Below, in pieces: positions 52,816 to 64,000 of a stretch of DNA of 64,000 nt. Where the stretch lies: positions 22,320,001 through 22,384,000 of the forward strand of contig JBHGNT010000004.1 of NCBI GenBank assembly GCA_043228905.1, written 5' to 3'. The notes under the pieces are model-generated. The model worked only from the letters and a program-made list of their open reading frames with translations, was not told the DNA's origin and searched no databases. Every line of letters starts with the position of its first letter. The stretch's first letter is position 1. The DNA comes from Azolla caroliniana. Its lineage: Eukaryota > Plantae > Polypodiophyta. A program made the translations under genes and the position numbers.

Positions 52816-55800
52816 TCTCATGAATACATAAACATCATCGCTTCCCCTGGGCTTGAACCCAAGACCTTGTAATACATAATCAAGAACCTAACCATTAAGA
52901 TTGTTTATGATCATATGAGATGATAAAAGCTACTTCTTCTAATATATTGATTATTGTAAATACTCTTGAACATTCTAGAACATCTTAGAATATTTTATGT
53001 CTAGAACGTTCTAGAACATTATAGAAATCTCTAGGCTATTCTATAGGAACCTATAAATATAGACATACAATTATTCTCAAACTAGTTCGAATCAACACCA
53101 GTCTTAAGCTCTCATCACCTATCTTGTATCCATTCTCATTCTATCTAATACATTCATTCTTCTCTTATCATTTGATTCCTCTCTTCGTGTGATCTCTTTA
53201 TATCTTTCTTCTATCACTCTATCTTTTCTCTTGGTTTTGACAGTTTGATTAGAATTTATCTCTCTCGCTCTCCTTTATCCTCCTCTATAAACATCACGAA
53301 ACCACGACCGCCATCAACTCGGAAGAATATCTCACCCTTGTTGCAGAAATGGAGAATCTTGAATTAGAGAATCAACGTCTTCTTGGAGATCTACAAAACG
53401 TTACTATGGAGAAGCAACAACAAGAGGAGTTTACGCGACGGGTGCAACAATTAGAATCGACAATCATAGTTTTATAACAACAAAGGGTCGAAGGTCAATG
53501 AATTATCAAGGAGTCCAAAATCAGCCTCCCAGCTAAATTTGATGGTTCGAGGACGCATTTCCGAGGTTTCTTGAATCAAGTGCGGTTGGTAATTCAAATG
53601 CATCCCATGCGTTATTCGACAGATGCATCACGAGTCGGGTTAGTGGGCACCTTATTGATTGGCATAGCGTTGTCATGGTTTGCTCCATTATTAGAGACAA
53701 ACTCTCCTCTACTACATAATTTCGAGGAGTTTATCAAAGAATTTAAGGCTTGCTTCGGAGATAAAGATGGGGCAAGAACAACAATCAACAAGATTCGTAC
53801 ACTACATCAAGGTGATCAGTCAGCATTGACATATGCAGCCAATTTCCGTCTCATCGCAAGCGATATTCCTTGGGATGAACAAACCCTAATTTAGCAATTT
53901 CGTTCCGATCTTCGTAGTGATGTGAAGAACTTACTTTTTACCCTCCCCGAGGATCCAAAATCATTTACATAAGCTATTAGTCGAGCAATACAGTGTGATA
54001 ATCGTCTTTTTGAGTGTCGATGTGAGCGACAACAACAAATAACAAGATCAAGATTCACACCAACTTATGCATCAGTAACGGCACAATCATCTCCAAGGCA
54101 AACATAAAGCCCTACTCCAACTCCAAGGCAAACACGTAATCCAACCCCAATGGATAGGCCTACACCCATGGAGATGGATATGACCCAACAACGAGGACCA
54201 TTGTCGGAGGAAGAGAAGCAACGACGCCGAGCAAACTGTCTATGCTTATATTGCGGGGGTCCAAGACATATAGCCATTCATTGCTCCCATAGGCCGAGAT
54301 GTCAGTTAAATCAAATTCACAATGACAATAAAAATGAGTCCAACATTTTAGAAGCACTTAGTGATTCTAATATTATGAATAATCCACCCTTGTCCAATAA
54401 TTTTGAAGTCCTAAGCCAATTAGAAGAGGAGTCAAACGAATAAGTTCGACCAAAATTGGAGCCATTTGGTTGGACAACCCTAGATCTGTACAACCTAGTG
54501 TAGATTCCATTTCATCCAAGCACGTTAATAGAGTCTTCTCAGCCCAAGTACAAGTTAGGACACCGAGTTGTCAACTTCAAGTCCAAGCCCTCTTAGATAC
54601 TAGAGCCAATTCTTGTTTCATGAATAGAGATTTTGCCCAAAAACATCAAATATCCTTGTATCCCCTTCCTTGCCCAATTTCTGTAGTAGGGATTGATGGA
54701 CGTCCCATAGCATCCGGGAAGATATTCGAAGAGTCTGAGCCAATACACATACTCTTAGGTTATTTAGGATGTGTAGTTTCCTTTAACATAATCCGTAGCC
54801 CTGAGCATCCAATTGTCCTTGGTTTGCCATGGTTCAAGCTACATAACCCAAGAATCGATTGGAGGAGGCGAGAAATTTCGTGTCCTTCAGCAGAAATAAT
54901 CATTGCTAAGGATCGAACCCAAGACTATTCCCTTAAAGAATATAGTTCTACTAGTGCACCATCTCCTTTTCATCAAATCTCAACCATCAAATTGGAACAA
55001 TTGTCCCAAGTGGGAGGAAAGAACAAATTTTTCTTATTTGCAATATCAGTGACACCTTCTAATGCCACTCAAGGGAATTCAGGCATCCAAATTCCTAAAA
55101 AATATCAAGAATATGTTAATGTTTTCGCCAAAGTCAAAGCTAGTGTACTTCCAAAGCATCAGTCATACGACTGTCCCATTGACCTCAAACCCGGAAAAGA
55201 GCCACCGTGGGGTTCGATCTACAATCTATCACCAACTGAGCTTGAGGTTCTTCAAGAATACATCGAGTAGAATCTTGCACATGGGTTTATTCGAAATTCA
55301 TGTCTCCAACCGGTGCTCTAGACAATATTTTTGGTGAAGAAAAAGGACGGTTTGTTTCGTTTGGTTGTGGACTATCGGGGATTAAATAAAGTCACCATAA
55401 GAAATAGGTATGCTCTACCTTTAATCTCCGGTCTTTTAGAGCGCATTGGTGGGGCAAAGCATTTTACAAAGATTGATTTAAGGGGTGCATATAATCTTGT
55501 TCACATTCGATTGGGAGATGAGTGGAAAACTGCATTTTGCACTCGGTATGGTCATTTCGAGTATACAGTCATGCCTTTCAGGCTCACAAATGCACCCGTA
55601 ATTTTCCAACGTACGGCAAATGACATTTTCCAGGATTTTTTGAATACCTTCTCATCATCTATTTAGATGATCTGTTGATAAATACTCTAAAGCACAAGAG
55701 GAGCATGATATACATGTCCAGAAAGTACTTGACCGCTTAAGAAAGTATGGTCTATGTGCTAAACTTGAGAAGTGTAGTTTTGACAACGAACAAGTCGAAT

Positions 55801-57102
55801 TCTTGGGTTATATTATTTCATCCAAGGATATCTTCATGGCAACCCCCGCGTTCTGTTCAAGACGTCCAATGTTTCCTTGAATTTGCTAACTTCTATCACA
55901 AATTCATATAGAATTATTCAAAGATTGTGTTGCCTCTCACCCAACTCACCAAGAAAAATCAAGCGTTTCTTTGGACTATTGAAGCGGACAAAACCTTTAC
56001 TCAACTGAAAGAGGCATTCACATCAACTCCTATCATAGTGCATATTGATCCCGAAAAGCCATTTACCATTGAGGCGGATGTGTCGGACTTTGCATTGGGG
56101 AGTATCCTATCACAACCAGGCAAGGTCGGGGAATCTCATTCAATCGTGTTTCACTCAAGAATATTTATTGTTGCGGAGGTAAACTACGAAGTGCATGACA
56201 AGGAGTTGCTAATTGTGGTCGACTCTTTCGAGCAATGGCGACATTTCTTGGAAGGATCGCCTCATCAAATCATCATTTATAGTGATCACAAAAATCTTAC
56301 GTATTTTCAAATGACTTGAGTGTTAAAAAGGAGACAAGCTCGGTGGGCACAATTTCTAACTCATTTTGATTTCAATATCGTTTTCCGCCCCGAGAAACAA
56401 CAAGGGAAGACAGATGCTCTATCTCGGTGTTCATATCTTGCACCTCGACCTGGAGATCCAGCCTTTGACAATCAAAAGCAAATTCTCCTAGGACCATCAA
56501 AACTACAAGCAACAACAGTTTATGCCACACCGCATAATTCATGCCTTGTTGATACTATTCGCCAACGACTTCACTCCGATAATTTCACTAAGGATGTCTT
56601 GACCCACATTAATCCAAGCCATGCATCTTGCTCCACATTGCAAGGGTCATCTCAACACGATCAGGACTTCAAATGGCAAGATGGCTTACTCTTTTACAAG
56701 AATCTCCTTTACATCCCTGATGAATCACCTTGCCTTCAAGTATTAGAGCATTGCCATGATGCGCCTATGGCTGGAAATTTTGGTAATGCCAAGACCATGG
56801 AGTTGGTGAAGCGCTCTTTTTGGTGGCTTCATTTGCAAAACTTTGTCGAACATTATGTTCGTACATTTGACACTTGTTGTTGAGCCAAAATACCCAAGCA
56901 TCATCCTTATGGCTTGTTACAACCATTACCGCCTCCAACCAAGCCATGGCAATCTATTTCTATGGATTTCATTATGGATTTGCCACCTTCAAAAGGCTTT
57001 GATACTATTTTAACAATAGTGGATCGATTTACCAAGATGGCACATTTTTTACCATGTGTAAATAGCATCAATAGTCAGGAAACCGTAGATATCATTATGC
57101 GT

Positions 57103-58226
57103 TGTCGTGAAGATTTTCGGCAATAGTGTGAAAATCCCATAAAACGTACGAAATCGAGTATGAATCACGTAGTACAATAATTGTAAAGATAACATTTTAA
57201 ATAGATTTAATATCTAAGTACAAAATGATGGAGGTTTCGAATGCACTTTATTACACGAGAAACGGACAACTAAATGTCAAGATATGAGGGTATAAAGTTT
57301 GTAAAAAGAAAGGAGAAAATTGTGAGATATCCCACATAGGCACGACAAATACAGCTCTCATCATATATAAGGTGGAGCAAAAGATATTATCTTTGTGTCT
57401 ATGTGTGGAGTATAGAGAGTTCAAGGTAACTTGAACTAAGAATGGAGGTGGGCTAGCTTCTCGTAAAGGGTTTTGGCCAACCAAAACCGGACCGGCGATG
57501 GAGCTGGTGATCCGGCGGCAAACCGGCAACGATGATCCGACGGCAATCCGGCAATAGTGATCCGACGGCATCCGGCACCGGTATCCGGCGACGACATCCG
57601 GCGGCGGCACCGGTATCCAGCGACGGCATCCGGCGAACCAGCGTCCGGCGACTAGATAAATAAATATATAAATATATATATACATATTTACATATACAAG
57701 GAGGGCAAGTAAGGATTCGAACCTTGCACCTCCAAGTTAGGAGTCAATTGGCTTACCATTAAGCCATGCTATTTAGTTGAAATTATATTTCTATCATTGT
57801 ACTTTTGAATGGAAATTCTCATACATGAGAGCTAAAATGGAGTGACATGGTTATCATGCACCACATGTAATACATAAGCGCCAAATGGCAAACATGCAAT
57901 TTATGCATGTCTTGTACCCTCACATGCATCATATGCATGAGAGCATCTAGAAAAGAGAGAAGGGGGAGGAGAAAAAACACGATTTTTTTTTATTATGAAA
58001 TTAAGAAGAAGAAATTCGTTATCAAATCGATGGTGTAACTTGTTTCTTAAATCCGAAGATAAAAAGTTCAATCGATCTTTCTCAATCGTTTAATGTCAAC
58101 TTCTCTCTTTCCCAATCTATCTTAAATACTTTCTCGCCAAAGCTTGTATCGACTCTAAATCCTTCTTGTCCAGAACCCCGGCGGTTCCGCCTCACGATCC
58201 GCGCGTAGTGACGGATCTTCACGACA
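57103..58226. mobile_element. Nested solo-LTR-like insertion (1124 bp) in the chromovirus integrase, 12-bp terminal inverted repeats, 4-bp TSD
   Basis: TGTCGTGAAGAT...ATCTTCACGACA. TSD GCGT at 57099-57102 and 58227-58230. Removing it restores integrase DIIMR|EVFHHH. Confidence 0.88.
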
Positions 58227-58977
58227 GCGTGAAGTGTTTCACCATCATGATCTTCTAGACGATATAATTACCGATTGTGGTCCATAATTTATCTCTCACT
58301 TTTGGAAGCACCTATGGGCAGGCCTCTAAATCTCCTGTAAACTCTCTTCAGCTTATCATCCACAAACCGACAGACAAACCGAGCGCAGGAATCAAACGCT
58401 CAAGCAGTATCTTCGATGCTTCATCAGTTATCAACAAGATGATTGGAGTAATATTTTACATCTTGCTAAGTTTGCATACAATATCACGGTACGCTCTTCT
58501 ACCAAGGTTGTAACACCTTTCTTTGCCTATACACCGGCAACCATCCTCGATGGTGTATCTTGGATCTTCCCAAGGTCGCACGAAAACCTAGTGCTAAGCA
58601 TCACCTTCATCGACTACACTAAATCCAGTTAGCACTATCTTCAAATCTTCAGACAACTCAAGCACAACATAAGACCAACGCAGATCATCATTGTCTTAAG
58701 TCTCCTTTTAAGGTTGGTGACCAAGTATGGTTGCTTCGTCATCACATCAAAACTACCTGGTCATGTGAGAAGCTCGATTATCAGCGCTTAGGTCCTTTTC
58801 TCATCACTACGCAGATTAATGATGCAACCTTTCGTCTTAATCTTCCAGCACACATGCGACTTCACCCAGTCTTTCATAGCACTCTTTTGGAACCTTGTCG
58901 CACCTCTTCCATTCCTAATCGTGTCGTGCCACCTCCTCCCTCTATCCAACTTGCTAACGACCCCGAATATGAGGCAG

Positions 58978-59758
58978 TAACGGAACTCAAACGCTCCTTA
59001 TGCACAACGCTCGGCCACAACCGAGCTTATAATCACACACACACAGAAAACGGAAATAATGAACGACACAAAGAAGAGAAGAGTACACAGGATGTTTACG
59101 TGGAAAACCCCAAACTAGGGAAAAAACCACAGCAGCCCACAGGTTGCGAACTATCACTATGCTAGAATGTACAACAGTGAATTCACGGAGGCAACGACCT
59201 CGTGCTCACGATCTTCGCCACAGGCGGCGGTTACAACAGAGGCAACAACCTCTTTCTCTCTCTCTCTCTCTGTACACAGTTACGTGCACTCTCTTCTTCT
59301 TGCACCAACAACAATGACAACAACAACAACAACAACATAAAAGTTTGCCCTAAGTCATATTTATACTAATATGACTTTTCGGCTATTTACAAATATAGCC
59401 ATGATGGGCTCTCATAAAAATATTTACTAATATGTCTCTTCATCCGATGAGCACTCCTCATCAGGTCTGCACCATCCGGCTCTCCGTAGCCGAGTACTCC
59501 TCATCCGGTTCTCACCGGGTCTGCACCATCCGGCTCTCCGTAGCCGGGTACTCCTCATTCGGTTCTCACCGTGTCTGCACCATCCGGCTCTCCGTAGCCG
59601 GGTACTCCTCATCCGGTTCTCACCAGGTCTGCACCATCCGGCTCTACGTAGTCGGGTACTCCTCATACGGTTTCGGCCTCGGCCTATCGGCCTCGGCCAA
59701 GTTTGTTCTTCAGCACTATTCTTCTCCCTTCCCATCCGGAGGGACCTGTCTCCCAACA
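58978..59758 (-). mobile_element. Nested solo LTR (same family as 25351-26034) in the chromodomain
   Basis: TSD GGCAG at 58973-58977 and 59759-59763. Four 54-bp internal repeats. Removing it restores EYEA|AIILDS. Confidence 0.9.
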
Positions 59759-60142
59759 GGCAGCAATTATTCTTGATTCTAAGATTGCGCGGAATAAGCT
59801 CTATTATCTGGTTGATTGGGTAGGCTATCCTCCGATTGATCGCACTTGGGAACCCGTCAATAATGTTTCTAATTCTCAAGCTCTTGTCGACGACTTCCAT
59901 CGCCGCTATCCAAACAAACCGGGCCCTACATTCTTAACGCCACCTTCCACTCGTCATTCTCAAAGGGGGGGGATAGTGTCATGAATACATAAACATGATG
60001 GCTTCACCTGGGCTTAAACCCAAGACCTTGTAATACATAATCCTAAAACCCTAAACCCTACTGGTTCCATGCAACAGAACCAATACAAGTCTCGACACAA
60101 GGGGCATGTCTCATGCTGGACCTATGAATAAGTAGTAGGCCC

Positions 60143-60174
<32 letters not shown>

Positions 60175-60221
60175 CATGAATGAAAGAGAAAGCCTAGAGA
60201 GAGCAGAGCTCCCATGGAACC

Positions 60222-61883
60222 ATGGAGGAGAAGAAGGAATGGCAGGTCCCCTGCTCCTCCTCCCTCCTACTTATGCCCAGCATCTCCTCCTGCTACTGGC
60301 TCTTTCATCGCTTTGGGAAGAGCAAAGACCTGGAGTCCTATCGCCACATCTATCATAGCCTGCTCAAGCGATCTGGCCTCGCTCTCCATGCCTTCCTCGC
60401 CAATCACCTCATTCGCATGTTCGCCCTCTACGGTAGCCTCACCGATGCTAACCATGTCTTCACCGCTTGCATTCCCTCACCCGATGCTTTCACGTGGAGT
60501 GCTATCATCTCTGCTATGTCAGGGCCAGCTCATCATCATTCCCATGTTGAGGATGATCACCATGATGACCATGATCATGACTTATGGCGGATCGACCAGC
60601 TTTGCTATGCCGCCATGATGGATGCCAATGCCCATGCCGATGTCCATGTCTTGTCTTCTGCACTCACCGCATGTGCTCGCCTAGGCGATGTGCGGCTTGG
60701 CAGGCTCATCCATGCCCACATCATTCATGTCGGACTGGAATGTACTACTCCATCTATAGGGAACTCCCTCTTGGGTATGTATGCCAAATGTGCGAGTATG
60801 GAGGATGCTTTTAGAATTCTGGAGGTACTGTCGTCCCCATGCCGAGATTTGATAACTTGGGGGACCTTGATCTCAGCATGTGTGCAGCATGGGAATAGCC
60901 TGGAGGCCTTACATCTATTCAATCACCTCCAACACGAAGGCCTGCTAAAGCCCAATGAGTTTATCTTCTCCAGTGCCATCAAAGCATGCTCTATGGTGAT
61001 GTCTGCTTGGAATGAAGGGCAAATCATTCATATGAATGTGGTTGAGAATGGGTTTCATGCAGATGGTTTTATCGGAAGCTGTTTGATTCACATGTATACG
61101 AATCATGGAAGCCTTCGGGATGCATGGGCGGTGTTTTCTAGTTTAGCTAAGAAGGATGCAGTGACATGGACATCAATGATGGATGCATTTATTCATCATG
61201 GTATTTACCAACGTGCGTTTGATCTTTTCCTTCAAATGGGCATGGCAGTCATCGAGGTGACGCAGGTGACCTTTCTCAGCATTGTGAAAGTTTTTAGCAC
61301 AAATGAGTGCCTAGGTGATGGGATGTTACTTCATGCTTATCTTATAGAAACAGGAATTCGAATGGATAAGGCCATCGGTACTGCACTTATTGATTTCTAT
61401 AATAACTGCTTTAGTCTATCGGATGCATGCAGTGTATTTGAGGGGCTTTACAAAAGAGATGTAGTGACATGGGATGCAATGCTGTCAGGGTGCGTGGCGC
61501 ATGGAAATGGAGATGCTGCTTTGCAATATTTTTTGCAAATGCAATGGCAAGGTTTGAAGCCAAGTACAGTTACTTTTATTATCATCTTGCAAATCTTTTT
61601 TATGCCTGGTACTATGACTAGTGGAAAACTAATGCATGCTCAAATTGTTGAAAACGGTCATGAACAGGACATTGTAGTTGGCAATTCTCTCATCAACATG
61701 TACTCCAAGCAGGGGGCTATATTAGACGCATGTGTGGTGTCCAATGCCTTAGTCAAGCATGATGTGGTAACATGGAGTGCTCTCATCAATGGGCACATAG
61801 AACAGGGATATACTGAGGATCATAAATTTGCATTGTCACAAAACATCCTCTTGAATAAGCTCCCGAGCCCAATAGTCACATGA
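60222..61883 (+). pseudogene. PLS-class pentatricopeptide repeat gene, intronless, C-terminally truncated and fused to a retrotransposon protease
   Basis: Repeated PLS motifs (IGNSLLGMYAKCASMEDA, DLITWGTLISACVQHG..EAL, DVVTWDAMLSG, VVGNSLINMYSKQG). PPR similarity stops at ~61818 (GYTE) and continues in frame into gypsy PR sequence. No E/DYW domain. Confidence 0.8.
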
Positions 61884-64000
61884 GTCATTGATGACCGTCC
61901 CATAGAATCAGGTGATATAGTCGAGGAGTCTGAGCCAATTCGGATAGTTCTTGGTGATTTGGCAAGCATAATCTCTTTCAACATTATTTGCAGTCCAGAA
62001 CACCCAATAGTTCTAGGTCTCCCTTGGTTTGAACTCCATAACCCAAAGATTGATTGGATGAAAAGAACAAAGAACAAAGCTCGCATCCCTTGAATGTCCG
62101 ACATGTGATACTAGATCCCCCTATGTTATCGACCATCTCTCTACGTCAGTTGTGTGAGGAAGGGGGGAACGAGGCCATGTTCATCTTCGCAATAGTAGCA
62201 ACTCCATCACCCACTTTACATGAAGCGGACATTAAACTACCAAAGAAATACAAAGAGTGCTTAGACGTCTTTGATAAGGTAAAGGCCAATACATTGCCGG
62301 AGCATCAGTCATATGACTGCCCTATTGTCTTACAACCATGGAAAGAACCTCCATGGGGCCCAATTTATAATCTCTCCCCTGTAGAGCTACAGATTTTGCG
62401 GGAATATATCGATAAGAATCTGTCAAACGGATTCATTTGGCACTCTAGATCCCCAGCTGGTGCACCTATCTTCTTCGTTAAGAAAAAGAATGGGACTCTT
62501 CATTTGGTCGTGGATTATCGAGGCCTAAACAAAGTGACTACTCGGAATAGATATGCTCTAACGTTAATCCCGAATCTTTTGGAACGTCTCAGTGGACCAA
62601 AATATTTCACGAAGTTGGACCTTTGCGGTGCATATAATCTAGTTCGGATTCATTCGGGGGATAAATGGAAGACTGCTTTTCGCACTCACTATGGACATTT
62701 CGAGTATACTGTGATGCCATTCGGTCTCATGAATGTACCTGCAGTTTTCCAACACATGGCAAATGATATTTTTCGAGATTTTCTCGATATCTTCACTATA
62801 GTTTACCTAGATGACATCTTAATCTACTCGAAGGCCCAATAGGAGCATGATGAACATGTTCGTCAGGTACTACGTCGACTACAAGAATATGGTCTCTATG
62901 CAAAATTAGAAAAGTGTAGTTTCGGCCAGAATCAAGTGGAATTTTTGGGGTATGTTGTATCATAAGATGGTATTGCTATGGACCCCATGAAGGTGCAAGC
63001 AATTTTAGAGTGGCAGACGCCCTTATCAGTGCGCGATGTACAATGTTTTCTCGGGTTTGCAAATTTTTATCAAAAATTTATGAAAGGTTATTTCAAGGTT
63101 GTGCTTCCGCTCACTCAACTCACACACAAAAAACTCAGCCATTCATATGGAGTTCAGATGCAGCTGAAGCATTTGAAAGCTCAAAACAAGCATTTACAAC
63201 AACACCTATTTTAGCACATGTCGACCCAACAAAATGCTTCATCGTTGAAGCTTATGCATCCGACTTTGCACTAGGGAATGTCCTATCCCAGTTTGGAGAT
63301 GATGGACATCTACACCCTGTCACCTTTCATCCCCAAAAGTTTGAACCTGCAGAGATCAACTATGAGATCCATGACGAAGAACTTCTTGCAATTGTGGATT
63401 CTTTTCAACAATGGCGATATTTTCTGGAAGGTTCTTCTCATCAGATAATTGTTTACAACGATCATAAGAACCTAACATATTTCCAAAATGCTCGAGTCTT
63501 GAGTTGCCCACAAGCCCGATGGGTGCAATTTTTGACTCACGAGACTAATGGCCAAACTGAGCGTACCAACTAGACTTTGGAGCAATATCTTCGTTGTTTC
63601 ATCAACTACCAACAAGATGATTGGGTTGATTTTTTGCACTTGGCTGAATTCGTTTACAACAACTCAGTCCATTCTTCTACAGGATATTCTCCATTCTTTC
63701 GCAAATATGGGTTGTCATCCTCGGTGGGCAATGAATGCGCATCCAGGCGTTCCTACCAACCCTGTTGTTGAGGATTATCTTAGTCGCCTCCAAGAAATTC
63801 ACGCTACCATTCGTCACAATTTGCATGATGCTCAAGTTACACACAAGCAGCTTGCGGATCGTCATTGTCATGATAACACTCACATCATGCATCGAAAGGA
63901 TGATGACACTCACATTATGACTCGAAAAGATTTGAACCCACGACCTTGTTGTACACATGTCAAATCCTTAACCATTGTATTAATATTCTTATATGTATAG
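61818..64000 (+). mobile_element. Second, distinct chromovirus pol fragment (mid-PR, RT, RH, partial INT), decayed
   Basis: [81 protein letters not shown], then directly [25 protein letters not shown]. Related to, but not identical with, 54470-58600. Confidence 0.9.

Larger units (their letters stand above)
52816..60041 (+). mobile_element. Near full-length decayed Ty3/gypsy chromovirus (Tcn1/Tf1-like): 5' LTR 52816-53242, gag, PR-RT-RH-INT-chromodomain, truncated 3' LTR 59977-60041
   Basis: gag LPAKFDGSRTHFRGFLNQV...[98 protein letters not shown]. Chromodomain [46 protein letters not shown]. Many stops and frameshifts. Confidence 0.92.

Noticed and set aside
54425-54470. Programmed -1 gag-pol frameshift site
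   Set aside because: pol is in the -1 frame, but no canonical slippery heptamer is intact (G TCA AAC) and the element has many random frameshifts.
57702-57776. Functional tRNA-Arg(CCT) gene
   Set aside because: The acceptor stem does not pair and the segment lies within a TE. Treated as a tRNA-like cassette only (same for 43012-43086 and 52839-52905).

Overview
Eukaryotic nuclear DNA from a land plant, most likely a fern or another non-seed vascular plant (inferred from PLS-type PPR repeats and Tcn1/Tf1-like chromoviruses). Five apparently intact spliced genes can be built by hand: an IRX7/FRA8-like GT47 glycosyltransferase (10149-12240 +), a LOG2/LUL-like RING E3 ligase (20632-21811 +), an unusually long MYB98/119-type R2R3-MYB (29309-34098 +), a BORCS6-like small protein (37931-41197 -) and a CYP71-clan P450 (46453-48129 +). 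There is also a Ulp1-type protease exon at the left edge, a PLS-PPR gene truncated by in-frame fusion to a retrotransposon protease, a decayed PPR pseudogene and a truncated P450 duplicate. The rest is transposon-derived: a tRNA-Ala-primed non-autonomous LTR element, a hAT-like MITE family next to genes, LINE and copia fragments, solo LTRs with clean TSDs, and a nested copia/chromovirus cluster from about 48.6 to 64 kb. The most interesting signals are degenerate tRNA-like (Pol III A/B-box) cassettes inside LTRs of three different families and a MITE, an apparent tRNA-independent self-priming PBS in the chromovirus, and a tandemly repeated reverse-transcriptase 'DD' module in an intron. All calls are by eye; no database searches were run.
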